Below are positions 6,944 to 13,508 of a stretch of 13,508 nucleotides of DNA, in pieces. The notes below the pieces were generated by a model. It did not search any database and had not been told where the DNA came from. It saw only the letters and a program-made list of their open reading frames with translations. The position numbers and the translations under genes were made by a program. Every line of letters starts with the position of its first letter. The first letter of the stretch is position 1. The DNA is from Treponema sp. Its GTDB lineage: Bacteria > Spirochaetota > Spirochaetia > Treponematales > Breznakiellaceae. The stretch covers positions 1 to 13,508 of the forward strand of contig JAITHW010000012.1 in assembly GCA_031279815.1 (NCBI GenBank), given 5' to 3'.

Positions 6944-8491
6944 CTACTCCGTCCCTGTTTCTAATCCATAGAGACTTGTGTATTTTTCTTCAAGGTACTC
7001 CACAAAGGGCAGGGCCGAGAGTTTTTCTCCCGTAAGACGCGTCAGAAGTTCCGCAGGGTCCAGACGGCAGCCCCAAGTATAGATATTTTCCCTAAGCCAG
7101 GTATGGAGGGCCTCAAAACGGCCTTGGGAAATGGCGTCTTCCAAATTCGGCAGCTCGGCCCGGAGGCGTTTCCAGATATGAAGGCCGTAGAGGTTTCCCA
7201 AGGCGTAACTGGGAAAATAGCCGAAAGCTCCCATGGACCAGTGTATATCCTGTAGCACCCCGTCGGCATCGGTTTCAGGCTCGATCCCCAATACCGTTTT
7301 CATCTGTTGCCGCCATACCGAAGGCAAGTCTTCGGGGGACAGAGATCCGGAAAAGAGCTGTTTTTCCAGTTCAAAACGGAGGATGATGTGAAGGCTATAA
7401 CTTACCTCATCGGCATCCACCCGAATGAGCGAAGGTCTCACGGAATTGACGGCCCGGTAAAAGTCCGCGGTATGGATCCGGCGTAACTGGCCGGGGAAAT
7501 GGGACAAGAGGAGAGGGAACAAATGTTTCCAGAAGGGACTGCTGCGGCCTATCACATTCTCCCAAAATCTCGACTGAGATTCGTGGATAGCCATAGACGA
7601 CCCATTGGCGAGGCAGGTCGAGCGGATTTCATGAGGAAAGCCCATGTCATAGAAAGCATGTCCCGATTCATGGATAACCGAGAATATGCTGGAAAGCAGA
7701 TTGTTCTTACAATATCGAGTGGTGATCCGGACATCATCAGAACCCAAGGAGTTGGTAAAGGGGTGGGCGCTAATATCCAGTCTGCCCCGGGTAGTATCGA
7801 AGCCTAAGCGATCTATAAGTTCCCGATTAAACCGCGCTTGCTCATCAATAGCATAGTCTTGGTTCAGAAATGAATCGTCCGGTTGAGGGCAGGAGGCGAT
7901 CTTCCGTAATAATGCCGCCAGTCTATCTCGCAGAGGATCGAAAACCGCGCTTATATCATGGGCGGTCATACCCGGTTCGTATATATCCAACAGACTATCG
8001 TATACATCGCCGCCTGCGCCGCTCCTAAAACCACGGTATTCGGCCTTTTTTTTCGCATAATCAAGCATGACGGTAAGATGAGGCAGAAAGGTGGAGAAAT
8101 CATTGTTCCGCCGGGCATCCGCCCAGGCCGCTTGGGAAAGCCCTTCCGCACGGGCCGCATCACGTACAAAATCCGCAGGTAATTGTACCGCCCGGTCGTA
8201 ATTACGGCGCATAACCTTGAGAAAATCCCTCTCAATAGGAGGCAGATTTTCATCTCCCTTTGGATTTTGGGAACCGGAACCCAAGGCTTCAAGAAGCCCT
8301 TTGGTTTCAGAACCGGTGAGCCGTTCATGGGCAATCCCCTCAAGAAGGGCAAGCTGTTCGGATCGCTCCTCCACTCCTTTGGCGGGAAGATACGTCTCCT
8401 GATCCCATTGCAGCAACGCAATGGCTTTTTCCAAATGCCGGTATTCGCGGTCTATGGTATGCAGTTTTTCCAGCAGCGTTTCAGATTGCAT
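6944..8491 (-). CDS. M32 family metallocarboxypeptidase (carboxypeptidase Taq-like)
   Basis: Carries HESGH (HEXXH zinc site), HPFT, DVRITTRY, GVLQDIHWS and IRVDADEVSYSLHIILRFELE motifs in the order found in carboxypeptidase Taq. I place the start at ATG 8491 (MQSETLLEKLH...), preceded by GAGGAA. The ORF is open to 8563, but the extension MVKMLRFLAFSGYKITLRRNMRNT looks non-native. Confidence 0.9.
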   Translation of the reverse strand: MQSETLLEKLHTIDREYRHLEKAIALLQWDQETYLPAKGVEERSEQLALLEGIAHERLTGSETKGLLEALGSGSQNPKGDENLPPIERDFLKVMRRNYDRAVQLPADFVRDAARAEGLSQAAWADARRNNDFSTFLPHLTVMLDYAKKKAEYRGFRSGAGGDVYDSLLDIYEPGMTAHDISAVFDPLRDRLAALLRKIASCPQPDDSFLNQDYAIDEQARFNRELIDRLGFDTTRGRLDISAHPFTNSLGSDDVRITTRYCKNNLLSSIFSVIHESGHAFYDMGFPHEIRSTCLANGSSMAIHESQSRFWENVIGRSSPFWKHLFPLLLSHFPGQLRRIHTADFYRAVNSVRPSLIRVDADEVSYSLHIILRFELEKQLFSGSLSPEDLPSVWRQQMKTVLGIEPETDADGVLQDIHWSMGAFGYFPSYALGNLYGLHIWKRLRAELPNLEDAISQGRFEALHTWLRENIYTWGCRLDPAELLTRLTGEKLSALPFVEYLEEKYTSLYGLETGTE

Positions 8492-8760
8492 GGTATTCCT
8501 CATATTTCTTCTTAAAGTAATTTTATAACCTGAAAAGGCAAGAAACCGCAGCATTTTTACCATTACCGTTTAATTGTTTGCGGTTTCCCTCTCCGGTTTA
8601 TAAGAGGTATTATACGGCAATTCGGGATACATCCAATAGGTCTAAGAATCAAATGGATTTTCACCGCCATTCCTTCGTACAAATCCACCGCAATCACCTA
8701 TTGAGGAGATTCCCTTAGGAGGATACACTAGAATAATACATACGCCTCAAGGATAACTAT

Positions 8761-10065
8761 ATGCTGAGGATCCGTACCTGGTATTATTTTCGTTTAGCCT
8801 TAATCTTTGAAAGCGGCCTTATCGGTTATATTACCGGTTTGGTAATCGCCGGCTTCAGGTATATCTTAAGCAAACTGGATGTGCTGAGACGGCAACTCTA
8901 TGAGACCCTGCTGGAAGTTTCCACAAACTGGACAATAGTATGGGTTGTGGCCGTAGCGCTGATAGGGCTTTTTCTCGGATGGGCCGGAAAAGCACGGCCT
9001 ATGATCAAAGGGGGCGGTATACCCCAGATAAAGATGCCTCAATTTCGAAATCCCTCCTTAGATTGGCTGATAGATATGCCCTTGAAGTTCCTTAGCACAA
9101 TGCTCGGTTTAGGCGCCGGGCTTTCCCTGGGGAAGTGCGGTCCGGGCGTTCAGATCGGCGCATATATTGGAAAAGGGATTCTCTCGATATTTCCGAGATC
9201 CGATTCGGAGAGGGACGCTCTCATCACCGGATCCGCTGCCGCGGGATTTGCGGCGATCTTTAATGCTCCCGTATCGGGGATCCTCTTTGTTGTGGAAGAA
9301 CTGCGGATGCCTCTGTCCCCGCTGTTTTTAGTCTGCGCTATGAGTGCGGCCACTGTAGCGGATTTGACGGCGGCTTATTATTTGAAATCCGGCCCCCTCT
9401 TTGATTTTACTCATATCAACCCCTTAACGATACAGCTTATCCCCTGGGTTATTGTATTAGGAGTAATATGCGCCTTGATAGGGGATTTGTTTAAGCGATC
9501 CCTTTATCTGTCCCTCAATTTATATGATCAATGCCGGATTCATCCCCTGTTCCGTCCAATAATCCCCTTGGTAGTATCCGTTATATTCGGACTGCTCTGT
9601 TTTGACACTACAGGCGGTGGCTATGAACTTATTATGTCTCTGACCCTGAAGGAGCGGACTGTGGGATTGATTTGCGTATTATTGGTAGGGAAAATCTTGT
9701 TTACTGCCCTTTGTGTGGGTTCAGGAACTCCTGGAGGCATTTTCTTTCCCCTCTTAGCCTGCGGAGCCTTAGCAGGAAACGGGCTGGGAAAAATACTCTA
9801 TATAATCGGTATTGCTACGGAGCCGCAGGCTCTCAATTTTATGATTCTGGGGATTGCCGCTTTCTTTACCGCGGTCATCAAGGCTCCACTTACCGGAATA
9901 ATCCTGATTTTGGAAATGAGCGGCACGGTTAACCATTTAGGAAGTCTTGTACCGGTTTGTCTTACTTCTTTTATTACATCGGAACTAATCGTATCCCGTT
10001 CAGTAAACGAAGTACTTCTGGAACGGATCCTGAAGCAGAAGCTGATGCATACTGATAATTTATAG
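8761..10065 (+). CDS. ClC-family chloride channel/transporter homolog with a non-canonical selectivity filter
   Basis: 434 aa, alignable to ClC-ec1 over its length. GGGIP aligns to GSGIP, GKCGP to GREGP, and GIFFP to GIFAP; there is also a NAPVSGILFVVEEL segment. The start is ATG 8761, the first ATG after stop 8734, with AAGGA 8 nt upstream. Confidence 0.9.
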   Translation: MLRIRTWYYFRLALIFESGLIGYITGLVIAGFRYILSKLDVLRRQLYETLLEVSTNWTIVWVVAVALIGLFLGWAGKARPMIKGGGIPQIKMPQFRNPSLDWLIDMPLKFLSTMLGLGAGLSLGKCGPGVQIGAYIGKGILSIFPRSDSERDALITGSAAAGFAAIFNAPVSGILFVVEELRMPLSPLFLVCAMSAATVADLTAAYYLKSGPLFDFTHINPLTIQLIPWVIVLGVICALIGDLFKRSLYLSLNLYDQCRIHPLFRPIIPLVVSVIFGLLCFDTTGGGYELIMSLTLKERTVGLICVLLVGKILFTALCVGSGTPGGIFFPLLACGALAGNGLGKILYIIGIATEPQALNFMILGIAAFFTAVIKAPLTGIILILEMSGTVNHLGSLVPVCLTSFITSELIVSRSVNEVLLERILKQKLMHTDNL

Positions 10066-10247
10066 ATAATATAAAGGTATAGCGATGTTTAACCAGGAGT
10101 AAAGCCTTTTCCCTCACACCTAGATTGCCTGTATAGGAATGCAAGGCAAAAATACCGGCAATACGTGCGGTATAGTATCTCCAGGCAGACAGGCATATTG
10201 AGAATCACCTGTTTCCGCGTTATAAAACGCCGGATCCCGCCGAATTC

Positions 10248-10617
10248 CTATTCCCCGGCGCTGTTTACTAATTGGGCCTGTACCGGATTTTGGTACACAT
10301 AATCAAAACCCCTCAATGAAGCGATCGATAATTTTGGAAAAGAACCGGTCTCCCCAGACATGGCCTTTGACAAAGCGCGCTTTGTCCCACGCCCGAGCGA
10401 ATAGGCCGGGAACCCGCTGCATGGTTTTTGACAGGGATCCCTTGCGGCTTGGCCGGATGACCAGGCGGATATGGTTGCCCATGATGCAGAAATTATGCAC
10501 CGAAAAGCCGTATTTCTGTTTAGCCCTTTTCAGGGTGTTGAGGAAAATCTGGCGCATGGCCGGACAATGGAAGATCATTTCCCCCGATTGGCACGGGCGG
10601 TAACGTGATAAATGGCG
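10248..10617 (-). pseudogene. IS200/IS605-family Y1 (HuH) transposase / RAYT-like remnant, degenerate and frameshifted
   Basis: The 91-aa ORF 10303..10578 reads ...FLNTLKRAKQKYGFSVHNFCIMGNHIRLVIRP...GHVWGDRFFSKIIDRF. This matches the PF01797 transposase core, but the HuH motif is degraded to H-I-R. Past the TGA, the -1 frame reads YVYQNPVQAQLV (10301..10248). That is the catalytic-Tyr YxYxNPV motif of RayT-like proteins, displaced by a frameshift. No start codon exists upstream of Met 10578 before the in-frame stop at 10618-10620. Confidence 0.6.
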
Positions 10618-10726
10618 TCATCTTTCAATACTCGCTGTTTTCTCATACCTTTACTATGGGTTTGTCCCGGAAATTTGCTTTAATTCGATTACTCTGTCCC
10701 TCTCGACCCGATCTCATTCAAATCTA

Positions 10727-10756
10727 TTGAAATAATAAGTTAAATAAGAGTATAGT
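10727..10756 (+). promoter_or_regulatory. Promoter TTGAAA(10727-10732)-N18-TATAGT(10751-10756) for the MFS transporter gene
   Basis: Good -35 and -10 hexamers about 20 nt upstream of the AGAGGG SD and ATG 10778. Confidence 0.4.
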
Positions 10757-10777
10757 ACTAAGTTAAAGAGGGACTAC

Positions 10778-11992
10778 ATGGTAGCAACATTCTTTCTGGG
10801 GCTCATTTACCTTACTTTCATCAGTCTTGGTTTACCGGATTCGCTGTTAGGTACGGTCTGGCCTGTTATGCGCATGGACCTTGGAGCATCTTTAGACACC
10901 GCCGGGATTATATTCTTCATCATTTCCGGCTGTACGATAATCAGCAGCCTGAGCTGCGGGTGGGTGGTCGGGCGTTTTGGCGCCGGCAAAGTTACAGCTA
11001 TAAGCGTACTCCTCACGGCCTCGGCTTTGGTAGGCGCATCCTTCAGTCCTTCGGTATGGTGGCTTGTGCTTACCGCGATTCCCCTGGGACTTGGGGGAGG
11101 CGCGGTAGACGCGGCATTGAATAACTATGTCGCCCTGCATTATGCATCCCGGCACATGAGTTGGCTTCATTGCTTTTGGGGTGTCGGGGCTTTCACCGGC
11201 CCTCTTATTATCAGCGCTTATCTTCGCCAAGGGGATAATTGGCGAAGCGCATACCTCACGTTAGGCATCATACAAGCCGCCATCAGCCTATTGTTAATTA
11301 TTTCTCTGTCCCTGTGGAACACCCAAAACAAAGGCAAAGCCCTACAAAATAAAGAGGAACATAAGCCCGAACCTCCCCAAAGCAATCAAGGCGATCAAAG
11401 TGAACACACGTCTATTCCTATAAAAAAGTTGGGCGTATTGCGCATACCTGGTGTAATTCAGGCGCTGATCACCTTTTTCATCTATTGCGCCACCGAATAC
11501 ACTCTTGGCCTTTGGGGGGCCAGCTTCCTTACCGAGATACGCGGTTTTGCCAAAGCCGCCGCGGCCGGCGCCATATCCATGTACTTTGCGGGTATCACCA
11601 TTGGCCGGTTCGTTACGGGTTTTCTTACCATCCGGTTTACCGGCGTCAAGCTTATCCGAACCGGCATCTGCATCATCACCGGAGGCGCGGTATTGCTATT
11701 CCTGCCCCTGCCCGGTCCGGTTGCCCTGCCGGCGCTGCTCCTGATTGGTTTGGGTTGCGCTCCGGTATACCCCAGTATGATCCATCTCACCCCGGAACGT
11801 TTCGGCGCGGAGAACTCCCCGAAGGTTATCGGCCTGCAAATGGCCTGCGCCTATTCCGGCAGCACCTTCATGCCTCCCTTGGTAGGGGTCATTGCGGCCC
11901 GTACCACTATGTCGGTAGTTCCCCTTTTTTTAGTGTGTTATGGAGTAGCCATGTTTTTCATGTCCGAGCGGATAAACCGGGCCGCATCGTGA
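10778..11992 (+). CDS. Major facilitator superfamily (MFS) transporter, 12 predicted TM segments
   Basis: 404 aa, highly hydrophobic. It has the MFS motif-A-like segment GRFGAGKV after TM2, and a central hydrophilic loop (NKGKALQNKEEHKPEPPQSNQGDQSEH) separating two 6-TM halves. SD AGAGGG sits 6 nt before the ATG. The substrate cannot be predicted from the sequence. Confidence 0.9.
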   Translation: MVATFFLGLIYLTFISLGLPDSLLGTVWPVMRMDLGASLDTAGIIFFIISGCTIISSLSCGWVVGRFGAGKVTAISVLLTASALVGASFSPSVWWLVLTAIPLGLGGGAVDAALNNYVALHYASRHMSWLHCFWGVGAFTGPLIISAYLRQGDNWRSAYLTLGIIQAAISLLLIISLSLWNTQNKGKALQNKEEHKPEPPQSNQGDQSEHTSIPIKKLGVLRIPGVIQALITFFIYCATEYTLGLWGASFLTEIRGFAKAAAAGAISMYFAGITIGRFVTGFLTIRFTGVKLIRTGICIITGGAVLLFLPLPGPVALPALLLIGLGCAPVYPSMIHLTPERFGAENSPKVIGLQMACAYSGSTFMPPLVGVIAARTTMSVVPLFLVCYGVAMFFMSERINRAAS

Positions 11993-12001
11993 GATGTGAG
12001 A

Positions 12002-12060
12002 TGGGGACAGAGAAAGTCTGGAGAAGTCTTTTAAGCCGCCGATGAATAACTCTGTCCCCA
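12002..12060. repeat. Perfect 11-bp inverted repeat TGGGGACAGAG (12002-12012) / CTCTGTCCCCA (12050-12060) with a 37-nt spacer, 10 nt after the MFS stop; not followed by a U-run
   Basis: Read directly from the sequence. The distal arm contains ACTCTGTCCC, which also occurs at 10691-10700 upstream of the MFS gene. Confidence 0.5.
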
Positions 12061-12074
12061 CGCTTCCGCTCCTA

Positions 12075-12103
12075 TTGATCAAAAACCCGTTGATCAAAAC
12101 CCC
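12075..12103. repeat. Tandem repeat TTGATCAAAAACCC (12075-12088) / TTGATCAAAACCCC (12090-12103), each with a TGATCA palindrome containing GATC; the second copy doubles as the -35 of a candidate promoter TTGATC-N17-TATTAT (-10 at 12113-12118)
   Basis: Two near-identical 14-mers with 15-bp periodicity, read directly from the sequence. A -10-like TATTAT lies 17 bp after the second TTGATC. Confidence 0.5.
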
Positions 12104-12342
12104 ATGAATTATTATTATCTTAGGATATACTATTTTACAGTAGGAAATGTATGGAACCGTATTGCCTTAGCCTTATTTTATACCGCTGAATTTTCGCACG
12201 GTCAATGATATGGCGGAGAACAGGAGAAAAGCCGCGAATGAACACAAATAACGGGATGATTAGGAGCAACAATCCGCTTTCTATTCCTCGCTCCCTGCCA
12301 CAAAACAAAGCGGCGCAGCCTTCACGGTACCGCACGGTTCTC

Positions 12343-12389
12343 TTGACAAAAAATCAACGGACAAATATATTGTTATTTTGTGATAACAA
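12343..12389 (+). promoter_or_regulatory. Near-consensus sigma70 promoter TTGACA(12343-12348)-N17-TATATT(12366-12371), with a palindrome TTGTTAT-tttgtg-ATAACAA (12370-12389) overlapping the -10 and transcription start region
   Basis: Perfect -35 and 5/6 -10 with 17-bp spacing. A 7-bp-arm perfect palindrome lies immediately downstream, in an operator-like position. About 320 nt of leader follow before the FIST gene start. Confidence 0.5.
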
Positions 12390-12515
12390 TATGAACTTTT
12401 TCTTGGACACCATCTACAATCGCCCTTCTCACCGGCGCGGACTTCGGCCAAACGCCAAAAAATTATATGGGCGGGATCGGCTTTGTCAAGCCCCTTAGAA
12501 CCTTTTTTCTCTGTT

Positions 12516-12562
12516 TTTCTTTTCCCCGGCAGGTTCCATTCTATAGGATTGGAACTGCCGGT
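12516..12562 (+). terminator. Stem-loop CCGGCAG(g)TTCCA-ttctataggat-TGGAACTGCCGG (12516-12551) followed by TATTTCTATACT; candidate attenuator or terminator in the leader, preceded by a 27-nt polypyrimidine tract (12489-12515)
   Basis: 12 bp of pairing with one bulged G and a moderately U-rich 3' tail. It lies between the promoter at 12343-12371 and the SD AAAAAGGAG at 12573-12581. The CCUUUUUU of the pyrimidine tract is complementary to the AAAAAGG of the SD. Confidence 0.3.
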
Positions 12563-12583
12563 ATTTCTATACTAAAAAGGAGT

Positions 12584-12709
12584 ATGATTTTTATGGAATT
12601 ACCTAATGCGGCGAACCCAAGAGTTGAAGCCCTTCTCAAGCGCCGGTTTCTGATTTCTTCCGGGTGTTTTTTCTTTAAGGCTGGGAAAAGGGCGGATGTA
12701 TGGCTATAA
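12584..12709 (+). CDS. Small upstream ORF (about 39-42 aa, MIFMELPNAANPRVEALLKRRFLISSGCFFFKAGKRADVWL); its stop overlaps the FIST gene start by 10 nt; hypothetical
   Basis: Strong SD AAAAAGGAG lies just upstream, with spacing optimal for the ATG at 12593. The stop TAA is at 12707-12709, while the FIST ATG is at 12700. No homology is recognisable, so this may be a leader peptide or a coupling uORF. It is the tail of the listed 80-aa ORF 12467..12709. Confidence 0.2.
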   Translation: MIFMELPNAANPRVEALLKRRFLISSGCFFFKAGKRADVWL

Positions 12710-13508
12710 AAGTTTCCGCCTGTCATACAACGGACGTGAAGGAGCTTATCAGAGAAATTGATCAGCCCCGTATTAAGGCGGTGATATATTTCTTTTCCAT
12801 TGAATTTGAGCGGTGTGAACCGCATAAAGCCTTAAAACAGGCGTTTCCCCGGGCTTCCTGTATCGGGATGTCTATGCGCGGAGGCTGGTGTACCCCCGGG
12901 GTGGTGGAAAAAGGCATGGTGGCTATGTCCTTTTCCGAAGACGAAGTGGAAGAAGTTTTTGTTTCCTTAAAAGAAAAGTCCTCGGAGGATCCTGTGTCCT
13001 CAGCCAAGACCGTGATAACCGAGTTGAAGCGCAAACTGGGGCATGGGATTATCCATCCCAATAAATATCTGGGGATCATCCTCTTTGCTTTTTCCTGCCG
13101 GGGAGAAGATATAATGAAGACTTTTACCACAGAAAAAGACCTTAATTTCCCCTTTGTAGGCGGAGTGGCAGGGGACGAAATGAGCTTTACCAAAACCTTG
13201 GTGGGGATAGACGAGAAACTATCCCCCGAGGGGCTTGCGGTAATGGTTATGAAGTTAAAGATACCCTTTTTCTGCGATCATTACACGCATTGCATCCCCA
13301 CGAATATGGCGGTTACTATAACGAAAGCCGATACCCTGACCCGAACGGTCTTGGAAATAGACGGCCAGAGCGCGGCGCCCTACTACGCTAAACTCATAGG
13401 CGCATCCAAAGTGGATGCCCTCACGCCCGGGGATTTTGCAGCCCATCCTATGGGCATTGTCGTGGGAGATCAGGTGTATGTCCGCAGCATAAACACCCTC
13501 GCGGAGGG
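12700..13508 (+). CDS. FIST-domain sensory protein (FIST N domain visible), 3' partial; runs off the window end
   Basis: Frame 1 is open from ATG 12700 to 13508 with no stop; I checked this codon by codon. It reads MAIKVSACHTTDVKELIREIDQPRIKAVIYFFSIEFERCEPHKALKQAFPRASCIGMSMRGGW...GIVVGDQVYVRSINTLAE. The layout matches FIST N-domain proteins: a hydrophobic FFS core, a CIGMS...GG turn, and later a GDQVYVRSI-type segment. The ORF track omits it because the ORF is unterminated. An in-frame stop at 12676-12678 limits the start to 12700. Confidence 0.75.
   Translation, partial: MAIKVSACHTTDVKELIREIDQPRIKAVIYFFSIEFERCEPHKALKQAFPRASCIGMSMRGGWCTPGVVEKGMVAMSFSEDEVEEVFVSLKEKSSEDPVSSAKTVITELKRKLGHGIIHPNKYLGIILFAFSCRGEDIMKTFTTEKDLNFPFVGGVAGDEMSFTKTLVGIDEKLSPEGLAVMVMKLKIPFFCDHYTHCIPTNMAVTITKADTLTRTVLEIDGQSAAPYYAKLIGASKVDALTPGDFAAHPMGIVVGDQVYVRSINTLAE

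Noticed and set aside
8541-8588. 9-bp inverted repeat GAAACCGCA...TGCGGTTTC with a 30-nt loop, looking like a terminator
   Set aside because: It lies between the divergent starts of the M32 and ClC genes, not after a gene's 3' end. The loop is large and it has no U-tail. It may be a regulatory site, but not a terminator.
10118-10150. Hairpin TTGCCT-N13-AGGCAA after the ClC gene as a terminator
   Set aside because: The stem is short (6 bp), the loop is large, and the flanking runs are A-rich on the wrong side for either strand. The evidence is not convincing.
12075-12103. Possible CRISPR-like array from the TTGATCAAAA(A)CCC repeats
   Set aside because: There are only two 14-bp copies with a 1-bp spacer. 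No longer repeat-spacer periodicity and no cas genes are present.
12135-12498. ORFs 12135..12335 (-, 66 aa, GTG start) and 12205..12498 (+, 97 aa) in the MFS-FIST intergenic region
   Set aside because: They overlap each other on opposite strands. Their compositions are low-complexity and Arg/Asn-rich, no SD precedes them, and they overlap promoter and operator elements. I treat the region as regulatory or possibly non-coding RNA. A small membrane peptide from the minus ORF (hydrophobic stretch GLLLLIIPLFVFI) cannot be fully excluded.
12762-13446. Minus-strand ORFs 12762..13193 (143 aa) and 13255..13446 (63 aa)
   Set aside because: They are antisense to the open FIST-domain reading frame, which has the domain-like sequence. 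They are shadow ORFs.

Overview
13.5-kb bacterial chromosomal window of about 50% GC. It is mostly housekeeping genes, with two mobile-element remnants and two unusually repeat-rich intergenic regions. No rRNA, tRNA or CRISPR array was seen. Gene order, with strand:

- 1..516 (+): 3' fragment of a DDE (rve-type) transposase, cut by the window edge.
- 777..1598 (+): sugar-phosphate isomerase/epimerase with a xylose-isomerase-like TIM barrel. A hairpin terminator follows it.
- 1694..2578 (-): AT-rich Dam-family N6-adenine DNA methyltransferase, apparently an orphan with no restriction-enzyme partner.
- 2652..2907: repeat-dense divergent regulatory region.
- 2895..3290 (+) and 3319..4428 (+): two-gene operon of a YtrA-like GntR regulator and a multi-pass SPFH/band-7 membrane protein. 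A perfect palindromic operator sits in its promoter.
- 4526..6931 (+): MutS2, with an Smr domain.
- 6944..8491 (-): M32 carboxypeptidase (Taq family), converging on MutS2 with only 12 bp between the stops.
- 8761..10065 (+): ClC-family protein whose three canonical anion-coordinating/gating residues are all substituted.
- 10248..10617 (-): decayed, frameshifted IS200/RAYT-like Y1 transposase remnant.
- 10778..11992 (+): MFS transporter, bracketed by a 10-bp direct repeat.
- 11993..12699: about 700 bp of structured non-coding DNA. It holds a long inverted repeat, tandem GATC-containing repeats, two promoters, a palindrome, a pyrimidine tract plus hairpin, and a small upstream ORF.
- 12700..13508 (+): FIST-domain sensory protein running off the window end. 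The supplied ORF track does not list it because it has no stop in the window.

I could not recognise a clearly novel multi-gene system. The most interesting leads are the structured leader upstream of the FIST gene, the GATC repeat pair, the divergent ClC, and the Dam island.
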